Below, piece by piece: positions 49,179 through 57,001 of a stretch of 64,000 nucleotides of DNA. Source of the DNA: a virus. The stretch lies in IMG/VR virus record IMGVR_UViG_3300045988_183539; one strand, written 5' to 3'. The notes beneath the pieces were generated by a model. That model worked only from the letters and a program-made list of their open reading frames with translations, had not been told where the DNA came from and did no database searches. The translations under genes were made by a program, and so were the position numbers. Position 1 is the first letter of the stretch. The number at the start of each line of letters is the position of its first letter.

Positions 49179-49700
49179 ATGGGAAATTATTATAAAGGAA
49201 ACATCCGATTTATATTAAGAAAAGATTTACCAGAGTTTATAATAGATGCTTTATTATTTATACAAGATAAAGATTTTAAAATGCCTAAAAAATAATCAGG
49301 AATAGATATTTTTAATGAAGAAAATAGAAATAAGGTCAATATTGATTTTTCTGCTATAATAGATGATATAGATAATACTATGTTTATAGATAAAGATAAT
49401 TATAAATATATTACTAATATATATAAAAATCAAATTGTTGGATATGAATTATTTGTTTCAGTAATACTCAATGGTAAAAATAATTATAATGATTTAATTG
49501 ACAAATGGTATTCTTTCTTTAAAGATTACATAGATATTTCTTTAAGCAAAGAATGCTTTACAGTTAAAAATGATAATATTCTATTAGGAGAAGTTCACGA
49601 TGAAGATGGTACTTATGATAGATATTATCTTCTAAATACCCCATATATTATTTCAAATTTACAAAAATATATAAATTATGAAAATGATTATGAGGTATAA
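49179..49700 (+). pseudogene. gene with strong RBS interrupted by an in-frame TAA at 49293-49295
   Basis: AAGGAG RBS before ATG 49179. 49179 and the track ORF 49380-49700 share a frame (difference 201 nt). Only one stop separates MGNYYKGNIRFILRKD...KMPKK from SGIDIFNEEN... Confidence 0.4.
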
Positions 49701-49719
49701 ATAAGCTTAAAATATGTCT

Positions 49720-49760
49720 TTTTTTTCACTCTTTCGCATTATTATTGTATAAATAAAAAA
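49720..49760 (+). promoter_or_regulatory. promoter cassette family member (clearest copy: TTCACT-17-TGTATAAAT)
   Basis: TTTTTTTCACTCTTTCGCATTATTATTGTATAAATAAAAAAGGAG. Confidence 0.45.
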
Positions 49761-49772
49761 GGAGATAAAAAG

Positions 49773-49952
49773 ATGAAAAAGATTAGATATGCGATTGAAA
49801 AAGTAATAGAAGTTCCTGAAACAGAAGGGGAAGAGTCAATTAATAATATAATCCGCAGAAGATGTGAAGAAGAAGGTGGATTAGATTATATTTATACAAC
49901 AGAAGATGATATGAAGAAAAATAGATGTAAAAGTTTGTTTGATAATATTTAA
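49773..49952 (+). CDS. hypothetical 59-aa protein
   Basis: AAGGAG RBS; just under the track cutoff. Confidence 0.4.
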   Translation: MKKIRYAIEKVIEVPETEGEESINNIIRRRCEEEGGLDYIYTTEDDMKKNRCKSLFDNI

Positions 49953-50005
49953 GAATTGTTTTACAAAAAGCCGCAGGAATAAGAATAAAAAAAGGAATAT
50001 AAAAA

Positions 50006-50284
50006 ATGATAAAATTAAAAATAGGTAGAAAAATCTATGAATTAGATAGTAAAGATATAATTTTAGACAATGGTGTCAGCTATCAGATTATTACTCAAAA
50101 AGATACAAAAGGATTTAGTTGGTCTTATCCTGTAATGAGTAAGAAACTTTTCAATAATTTAAAAAAATCTGAATTGATTTTTACAAATGAAGAGTTACAA
50201 CAGGCAGCTATAGAAGAATATAATACTCAAATTATAACTTATTGGAAATTCAATATAACCAAAATGAAAGAATTAGGTTATTAA
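50006..50284 (+). CDS. hypothetical 92-aa protein
   Basis: AAAGGAATAT RBS. Confidence 0.45.
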   Translation: MIKLKIGRKIYELDSKDIILDNGVSYQIITQKDTKGFSWSYPVMSKKLFNNLKKSELIFTNEELQQAAIEEYNTQIITYWKFNITKMKELGY

Positions 50285-50313
50285 AAAATCACTTTTTAAT
50301 GAAAGGAAAATAT

Positions 50314-50706
50314 ATGACATTAAAAGAATTAGAGTTTCTTAAGAATATAAATAAAATCAATGAATTAATAACAGCAAAGGATTTACTAAATACAAAAGAC
50401 AGAACATTACTTTATGGCTATATGTGTACAAGAGAAACATTTCACGTATATTTAAAAAATAATGAAATTCATACTGTTATATACAGTAGAGATTATAGTG
50501 AAAATAGTATAAAACCTAAAAATATGAGAGAAATATCAATAAAATCAAACGATAATTATATACCAGATAAAAGGCTATACCCTGAAACTTGTGATTATGA
50601 ATTTTGTGTATTATTAAAAGAAAGAGATATTTATTTACCATTCACTACCTACGATGAAAAAAGACCTTTGCGTAACTACTATGGATTTACTTTAGAGGAT
50701 ATATAA
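50314..50706 (+). CDS. hypothetical protein
   Basis: AAAGGAAAATATATG RBS; track start 50242 lacks an RBS. Confidence 0.45.
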   Translation: MTLKELEFLKNINKINELITAKDLLNTKDRTLLYGYMCTRETFHVYLKNNEIHTVIYSRDYSENSIKPKNMREISIKSNDNYIPDKRLYPETCDYEFCVLLKERDIYLPFTTYDEKRPLRNYYGFTLEDI

Positions 50707-50811
50707 TGAAAGATTGTTTTTAATAACAGAGTGAAGAAATAAAATAGGCAATATTCAAAAAATAGAAGAGTTATGTTATTAAAAAATTATTTTTAATAGG
50801 AGGTTTGTATT

Positions 50812-51108
50812 ATGAATATATTATTATCTGATGATGAAATTATACAAAAAATAAAAATGTATCCTGTTCCTAACTGGATATGGATTGAAATATGGGAAAT
50901 GTCTCAATATGAGATACAAGTTGTAATTACTGTGAACAAAGAAGAAATGTGTCATCTGGCAGACCATATAGTTATTCATACTTGTTCGGCTCAAACAGAT
51001 AATGAGAATGATATAATTGAATTAAAAACATATGGAGGATTAATAGTAAAACTAATAAGAAAGAATTTTCCGAATAGTAATGTTCATAGCAGACTTTATT
51101 ATAGATAA
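50812..51108 (+). CDS. hypothetical 98-aa protein
   Basis: GGAGG RBS. Confidence 0.45.
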   Translation: MNILLSDDEIIQKIKMYPVPNWIWIEIWEMSQYEIQVVITVNKEEMCHLADHIVIHTCSAQTDNENDIIELKTYGGLIVKLIRKNFPNSNVHSRLYYR

Positions 51109-51585
51109 AAAATGTTTTTATATAAAATAGTAGAAGGCGATAAATATGAAATGTAAATGTGTAAAAAACTCACATAATAATAGTAATTTTAATTTAGAGC
51201 ATATTTATAAAGTTGAAGAAAATATTGGCATATAGCCTCCAATATTATGCAGATTTAGGTATTGAGATAATCCCAGCACATTATTTAAAAGAATGATTTT
51301 TGAATTTGCTATGTGTAAATTTGAAGTAATATAATAATATTTATGATATTTTATGAATATTATACATTAAATAAAGTAAGGAATGATTTATATATAGAGT
51401 AATTTATAAATTTTACAGTGGTGGTTATAAAATAAGTGATAAAATGAGCTTAGAAGATGCCAGAATTTTTAAACTAAAATGTTTAGAAATGTATTATAAA
51501 GAAGATGAAGTTTATATTATACAAATAATAGAATAAAAATATATTAAAAATCCAGTTTTATACGAAAAGGAGAACTAAAAATAAA

Positions 51586-51924
51586 ATGAATAAACCTCCA
51601 ATATATGAATGTTCAAATTGTTATAATGAATTTTCAGAACAATTATATCCTGTAAATATATCGAATGTCAGATGGGTGAATCTGATATGCGACAAATACC
51701 CAAACGGTTGTATTCAGATAAGCTGTTATGATGCTCAAGAAAATGCTTATTATGCAACGAAACTTTTAAAATGTTATGTGAGTAAGAAAGGCAGATATGC
51801 AATTTGGGGTAAACATAGATTTTATGAAGGATATAGCGGTGGTCTTATATTGAGAGGTGTTCCGTATAAGTCTATTGAAACTATAAGAGATGCGGCTAAA
51901 CCGTATGGAACGATAGTAGAATGA
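51586..51924 (+). CDS. hypothetical 112-aa protein with N-terminal CxxC...C pattern
   Basis: AAAGGAGAA RBS; YECSNCYNEF. Confidence 0.45.
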   Translation: MNKPPIYECSNCYNEFSEQLYPVNISNVRWVNLICDKYPNGCIQISCYDAQENAYYATKLLKCYVSKKGRYAIWGKHRFYEGYSGGLILRGVPYKSIETIRDAAKPYGTIVE

Positions 51925-51943
51925 AAGAATGATTTAAAAGAAG

Positions 51944-52258
51944 GTGTTTAAAATTAGAACAGAAACAAAAGTAATAAAGTTATTATTAAAAGAATTATAT
52001 CCAAATGAAACATTTTCAGTACATCTAAAACAACCTTATTCATATATTAGTAACTCAGACAAAATAAAAATAAAATGTCCTAAATCAACAAATAAAAAAG
52101 ATGTAATTAGTATATTGAAAAAATATGTATATGGTATTGATGTTTATGAAAAAGGAAGTTTTGGGTATATAAAACATATTGATAATACACCATATATCAT
52201 CTTAATGAATGGTGAAAAAATAGATATGGATATGGTTGAATTTATTGAAGTAGAGTAA
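51944..52258 (+). CDS. hypothetical 104-aa protein
   Basis: ORF track. Confidence 0.4.
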   Translation: MFKIRTETKVIKLLLKELYPNETFSVHLKQPYSYISNSDKIKIKCPKSTNKKDVISILKKYVYGIDVYEKGSFGYIKHIDNTPYIILMNGEKIDMDMVEFIEVE

Positions 52259-52281
52259 GGCAATAAAAGAGGTGATTAAAA

Positions 52282-52569
52282 TTGTGGAAAAGGTCTTTAG
52301 ATATTTTTCCTAGTGAATACATTAATCCAGAACACGAAAACGAATTAAATAACGAATTAGAGCTTGGAGATTTTGCAAAAGTTATAGTTGACTCTCAATT
52401 TCAAGATAAATATGAAGATGGTTCTCAATTTCCAAGATTTTTAGGATTAATAGGAAAGGTGATTAATATTAATATATCTGATGAATGGTCTTATCAATTA
52501 TTATTTGAAGATGGATTAACAAATTGGTTTAAAAGATATATTTTAGAAAAACAAATAATAGATGTTTAA
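52282..52569 (+). CDS. hypothetical 95-aa protein (TTG start); truncated paralog at 53083-53184
   Basis: AGAGGTGA RBS. KRSLDIFPSEYI is repeated as KRPLDIFPEEWI in the 33-aa ORF at 53083. Confidence 0.4.
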   Translation: MWKRSLDIFPSEYINPEHENELNNELELGDFAKVIVDSQFQDKYEDGSQFPRFLGLIGKVININISDEWSYQLLFEDGLTNWFKRYILEKQIIDV

Positions 52570-52639
52570 AATAAAAATAGAAGTAAAGATATTGTTAAAA
52601 TAACCTTTATTTTATGTTTTTTAAAATAAAAGGATGATA

Positions 52640-52887
52640 TATGAAAATTATAGAGACAGATTTGAAAGATTTTTCAGATAATGATACTAAAGCCTTTTAT
52701 TTAGAAAAAAGAAGGACAATATACAATCTCTGAATTCATAGAGCTTTTACAGGCGGCTAAAGAAAAATTTGGTGATAAAGAAATTTTAATCCACGATATG
52801 AATGATGGATGTTTATACGGATTTTCTCATATATATTTAAATAAAGGAAATAATGAAGAAGATAGTGCTATATGTATATATGCATAA
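52640..52887 (+). pseudogene. small gene disrupted by a frameshift in an A6 run near 52700
   Basis: MKIIETDLKDFSDNDTKAFYLEK... stops, then continues in the +1 frame as GQYTISEFIELLQAAKEKFGDKEILIHDMNDGCLYGFSHIYLNKGNNEE... Confidence 0.3.
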
Positions 52888-53249
52888 ATTAAAAAGGAGA
52901 AAAAAATGGATTTATAGATATATTATAAAATAGATAATGATTTATATTTTGATAAATATGAAGTGACTTGTTCTTGTTCTGATAATTTGTATTACGCATC
53001 TAATATAAATGATAATCAGTATCGTATAAAAACATAATAATATTGATTTAGACTAATAGTTTGGTTAAGATTGGAGTATCATATGGATAAGTTAGATAAA
53101 AAAACATACATAAATATTGTTAGAAAAATTATGAAAAGACCTTTAGATATTTTCCCTGAAGAATGGATAATAAGTGTTTTATAATAAGCTGATGATAAGA
53201 TTTATAATAAAAAGTGATAAAGAGAGATTTAATACAGGTTTCTCTTTAT

Positions 53250-53285
53250 TTTTTTTTACTTTTTCACACTATTATATATAGATTA
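53250..53285 (+). promoter_or_regulatory. promoter cassette family member
   Basis: TTTTTTTTTACTTTTTCACACTATTATATATAGATT. Confidence 0.4.
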
Positions 53286-53407
53286 AGAAAATTAAGATTT
53301 ATGGAGAGTCAAAAGTAAGCCAGCAATTTAGATTTGAAAGATATTTCGGATGATAATAATAATAAATTAAATAAAAACTGAAACTATTAGAAACAAGAAA
53401 ATCTTAT

Positions 53408-53470
53408 CTAACAGAAAGGAGAATCGCTTCTCCCCTCAGCTAAAGCTAAGGGGTTTCAGCGATTAATTGA
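53408..53470 (+). ncRNA. GC-rich nested hairpin element in the 5' leader of 53478
   Basis: GGAGAATCGCTTCTCCCCTCAGCTAAAGCTAAGGGGTTTCAGCGATT holds mutually exclusive stems (ggagaa/ttctcc; cccct/agggg; aatcgct/agcgatt) in 28% GC DNA. Confidence 0.35.
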
Positions 53471-53477
53471 TGGAGTT

Positions 53478-54146
53478 ATGAAAAATATAAGTAAAAAGAA
53501 ATCATTCTGGAAGGAATTTTTTAATGAGTGTTATGGAGTGATAGCATTCGGAGCAATTACGATATCTATTGTTTTATCTGCCATTGTAGGAAATCTGATA
53601 TTGCCATGTATAAATAATGGAGAGGCAATAAATCCGTATATAGAAGATGTAAGCGGTAAGTTTACATTATTTGTAATAAAAACAGCCATAGGCGGTTTGT
53701 ATTTATTTGGTGTTATTTTCATACTATTAACTGCTTTTTCTATTATAGGCATAATTGTAATAAACTTAGTAACTGGAATAACGCATATACTAGCTGTAAA
53801 AAGATATACATACCTGCCATTAACAATAGATGAAGTAAAAGAAGCTATAAATGTAGGATTATTTGAAGATACTCCTGAAAGCTATACAGATTATCTTGCA
53901 AAACAGATGAAGTATTTTGGTGGCAGTGTAACCTTTTCAGTTGATGATATGAAAATGATAATAAAAACAATAAAAGCAATATGGAATCAATCCTTTAAGC
54001 TTAATAAAGATTTTCTTATTAGAAATAAAATAGAAAGTTATCATCAGCTTCCATTTGGACTTAAGGATGACAGAGCCGATTTATTTTGCAAATTAGAGAA
54101 AAACCAAACAGTATCTTTTGATATGAACGACGTTTATTTCATTTAG
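53478..54146 (+). CDS. polytopic membrane protein
   Basis: 222 aa, four or more TM helices. Confidence 0.5.
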   Translation: MKNISKKKSFWKEFFNECYGVIAFGAITISIVLSAIVGNLILPCINNGEAINPYIEDVSGKFTLFVIKTAIGGLYLFGVIFILLTAFSIIGIIVINLVTGITHILAVKRYTYLPLTIDEVKEAINVGLFEDTPESYTDYLAKQMKYFGGSVTFSVDDMKMIIKTIKAIWNQSFKLNKDFLIRNKIESYHQLPFGLKDDRADLFCKLEKNQTVSFDMNDVYFI

Positions 54147-54237
54147 AACATCAGGTGAAAAGCTGTTTGCATTTAGGCATGAAATTAAGGAAGTTCGTGC
54201 TTTTGTTGCTAGTAAGAGAAAGGAGAAACAATATAAA

Positions 54238-54624
54238 ATGATACATACTTTATCAAAGATATTTATGAATTATGGAGAATCTAATTGGACCGTAGGCGTA
54301 TTAATAGGATTTTTAATGATTACAGCATGCATTATTTTATTTGCAATAGGAATATGTAGTAAAGGAAAGTTAAATATTGCTCTAATAGGACTAATGTTAA
54401 TTATAATTGGAGCAATAATTCTTATTATATCCTCTGTAAATTGTGAAAATGATAATACAAAAAATATAAATGAAGCAATTAGAAAAGAATATGAAGACGC
54501 TTCCTTTATTAAGAGAGACAACAAGTTTACAAGCAATAATATAACATATATTTATTACGTTAAAAATAGAAAAATAGTAGTGTATTCATTATCAAATAAT
54601 GAGAATATTAAAATTATTGAATAA
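54238..54624 (+). CDS. membrane protein (two TM helices)
   Basis: ORF track. Confidence 0.45.
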   Translation: MIHTLSKIFMNYGESNWTVGVLIGFLMITACIILFAIGICSKGKLNIALIGLMLIIIGAIILIISSVNCENDNTKNINEAIRKEYEDASFIKRDNKFTSNNITYIYYVKNRKIVVYSLSNNENIKIIE

Positions 54625-54721
54625 TTTGTATAAAGAGAAAGAAACTATGATTTTTGCAACAGGAGAAAATAATACTCTTATAGATAATATAACCATAGAT
54701 TAATAGAAAGGTAAAACTATT

Positions 54722-55109
54722 ATGACCAGGAATAAAAAGATAGAAATTTGTAAGATTAATTATAATGCTATAAAAAAATCATATAAACATGAACAAATAA
54801 TGAAAATTATATTTATAATTTTATGTTTGATATTATTTTCTTTATTTTTATGCTTGATATATAAAGAAAACGAAAAAGTTCCTTTTTAAAGCAGGACTAA
54901 TATTAGCTATATTCTTTATTTTCCTTTTAGCAATAATAATAACAAGTATTATAGTAGATAAAAAAGTATTAGGAATCGTTAAAGATAGTATTAATAATAA
55001 CGATTATGACATAATTTTAAAAGATGATAATAAGTATTATACATCTATAGACAATGGATTAATTTTATTTACATATGATGGAATAGTTCACAATAATGTA
55101 AAAATATAA
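54722..55109 (+). pseudogene. two-TM membrane protein gene disrupted by a frameshift in a T5 run near 54870
   Basis: MTRNKK...FSLFLCLIYKENEKVPF* then -1 frame KFLFKAGLILAIFFIFLLAIIITSIIVDKK...NVKI*. Confidence 0.3.
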
Positions 55110-55130
55110 GATAGAAAAGGAAAAATAAAT

Positions 55131-55610
55131 ATGAATACGAAAACATTAAAGAAAGAAATATTAAAATTTATCATAAAAGATGGATTATATATAATAATAG
55201 GGTTTATGATTATAGCTATATTTACTTATTTTGTAGTGAAAGATATATTCTCACCAACAATGATAATTCTTAGTATAGTAGGTTTTTTTGTAATATTTGT
55301 AATACTTCAATCATTTTTGTTATATAATGATGAGATAGATGAAATAGATGAAATAGATACAAGGCTTTATATTAAAGAGTTAATAGATAAGGATATACCT
55401 TTAGATATACAATTATGTCCAGATAATTTTAATCAATGTATTGAAATTAAACATTTTGCTATTGACTATTATGGTGAATTAAAGTTAAGAATAGATACTT
55501 TATATGATTATGGTACTGAGTTATCAATTATAATGAAACCTATTGATAAAGATAATAAGAAAATAGAAATAGATAATGAATTAAATGTTTATGTTTATTT
55601 AAAAATATGA
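55131..55610 (+). CDS. membrane protein (two TM helices) with EIDEIDEID repeat
   Basis: ORF track; AAAGGAAAAATAAATATG RBS. Confidence 0.45.
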   Translation: MNTKTLKKEILKFIIKDGLYIIIGFMIIAIFTYFVVKDIFSPTMIILSIVGFFVIFVILQSFLLYNDEIDEIDEIDTRLYIKELIDKDIPLDIQLCPDNFNQCIEIKHFAIDYYGELKLRIDTLYDYGTELSIIMKPIDKDNKKIEIDNELNVYVYLKI

Positions 55611-55814
55611 TAGGATTAAGATAATATGAATATAAAAGTGAGGAAGAAGACATATGACAGATATATTAAAATTAAGATGTTATATGGATGAAACATCTAC
55701 TCCTTATAATGAAAATGAAATTCAAACATTAAATATTAAAGAAGATGATTAATTTAAAAATTTTATCAATATAATTTTAAAGCTGGTGTAAAAGATATAT
55801 ACATCAGCTTTTAT

Positions 55815-55850
55815 TTTATTTTTATACACTATTATTATAAAGATATAAAT
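55815..55850 (+). promoter_or_regulatory. promoter cassette family member
   Basis: TTTTATTTTATTTTTATACACTATTATTATAAAGATAT after the agctggtg...catcagct hairpin. Confidence 0.4.
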
Positions 55851-55872
55851 TTGAAAAATGAAAGGAAAAATA

Positions 55873-56019
55873 ATGTTTGGTAATATTTTATATGTTCTAT
55901 TAATATTATCTTTGATATCTTTTGTTATAAAAGGTATTAGAGATAAAGATATTATTATTTGTTTGTTTAATGTGATGGTCGCTTTTATGATAAGCGTTAT
56001 ATACTTTTGTATATTTTAA
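55873..56019 (+). CDS. 48-aa highly hydrophobic peptide (small membrane protein; type I toxin-like)
   Basis: AAAGGAAAAATAATG RBS; MFGNILYVLLILSLISFVIKGIRDKDIIICLFNVMVAFMISVIYFCIF. Confidence 0.4.
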   Translation: MFGNILYVLLILSLISFVIKGIRDKDIIICLFNVMVAFMISVIYFCIF

Positions 56020-56039
56020 TAATAGGGGTAAGAATAATA

Positions 56040-56328
56040 AATGCAAAAATTTGTAAAAATTAATAACGAAGTGGACACGCCTGTAAGAATAAGGATTGCC
56101 TGAGTTGCCAGGTGGAAACTTAAATATCAAACTTCTTAAATAGGGGCACAGCCCCTTAGAAGCCCATTACCTTTAGGTGATGGGGAGTTCACATGTAATC
56201 TATTTTGTTGCAGAAGACTGTTTAAGCCAGAAAACTTTTGTAAAAAATATGGCTGGAATAAAACTTGTAGAACTTGCCAGCAAAAAGGAAGTTATAAATT
56301 ATTTGAATAATAGTATGAATGATAAAAG
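56040..56328 (+). ncRNA. candidate structured RNA / long structured 3' region ending at a terminator
   Basis: Locally GC-enriched with GGGGCACAGCCCC and CCCAT...ATGGG hairpins and a repeated TTGCCAG. No convincing + strand ORF. Ends at the intrinsic terminator 56329-56358. Confidence 0.3.
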
Positions 56329-56358
56329 ATGTTCTTAAGAATAAGGACATCTTTTTTT
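56329..56358 (+). terminator. rho-independent terminator
   Basis: gatgttctta-agaa-taaggacatc + T7. Confidence 0.55.
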
Positions 56359-56685
56359 ATGACCTTATTTTTATAAAGTACTTTATAAGAAATTATTCAT
56401 TAAAATATAAAAAATTATAGCATAAAGATACTAACTTTTTGTTATTAGGATAAAAAATAATATATATTTTTTGTAAAAATCTATATGTAAATTTAAAATT
56501 TATTACACAAAAGGTTATTTTTAATATAATCACAAAAATTATTAAACACGCTAAATAAAACATAAGGGATTTTATAAATAGACATACTTTAAAATCTATT
56601 ATATTAAACATTTAAGGCTACTAAAATTTCAACAATATAATATCTATTTGTGTAATAAATTAATAATATATACTCTTTATTTTTA

Positions 56686-56745
56686 TTTCTAAAAAAATTT
56701 CTAAAATTCTAAAAAAGTCTAATAAATACTCTAAAAAGATTTCAC
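56686..56745. repeat. iteron-like direct repeats (TCTAAAA(A) x4) upstream of the primase-helicase gene; candidate replication origin
   Basis: TTTCTAAAAAAATTTCTAAAATTCTAAAAAAGTCTAATAAATACTCTAAAAAG. Confidence 0.4.
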
Positions 56746-56812
56746 TTTATAACATTATTTTTATAAAAGAAAAAATAACAGAAGTAAAAAAATAAGAAAG
56801 GAAAGATTTATT

Positions 56813-56956
56813 ATGATTGATTTAAATAATATGCCAATAGATGAACTTAAAAAATATTTATCAGAAAATAATTTATCTATCGTATGTGAAGATGGAAAGA
56901 TTGTTTCTACTGTTTTAGAAAAAGAAGCTGATTTTGAAGACGAAAAAGAAATTTAA
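56813..56956 (+). CDS. hypothetical 47-aa acidic protein
   Basis: AAGAAAGGAAAG RBS; absent from the track because of size. Confidence 0.3.
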   Translation: MIDLNNMPIDELKKYLSENNLSIVCEDGKIVSTVLEKEADFEDEKEI

Positions 56957-57001
56957 CAACATTATTATTAAAAAAAATACAAATGAGAGGAGTATCTGCT
57001 A

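Noticed and set aside
56040-56328. Assigning the structured region to a named RNA family (6S, SRP, retron msr/msd, omega-RNA of TnpB)
   Set aside because: No recognisable family-specific conserved sequence. No adjacent RT or full TnpB. Left as an unclassified candidate.
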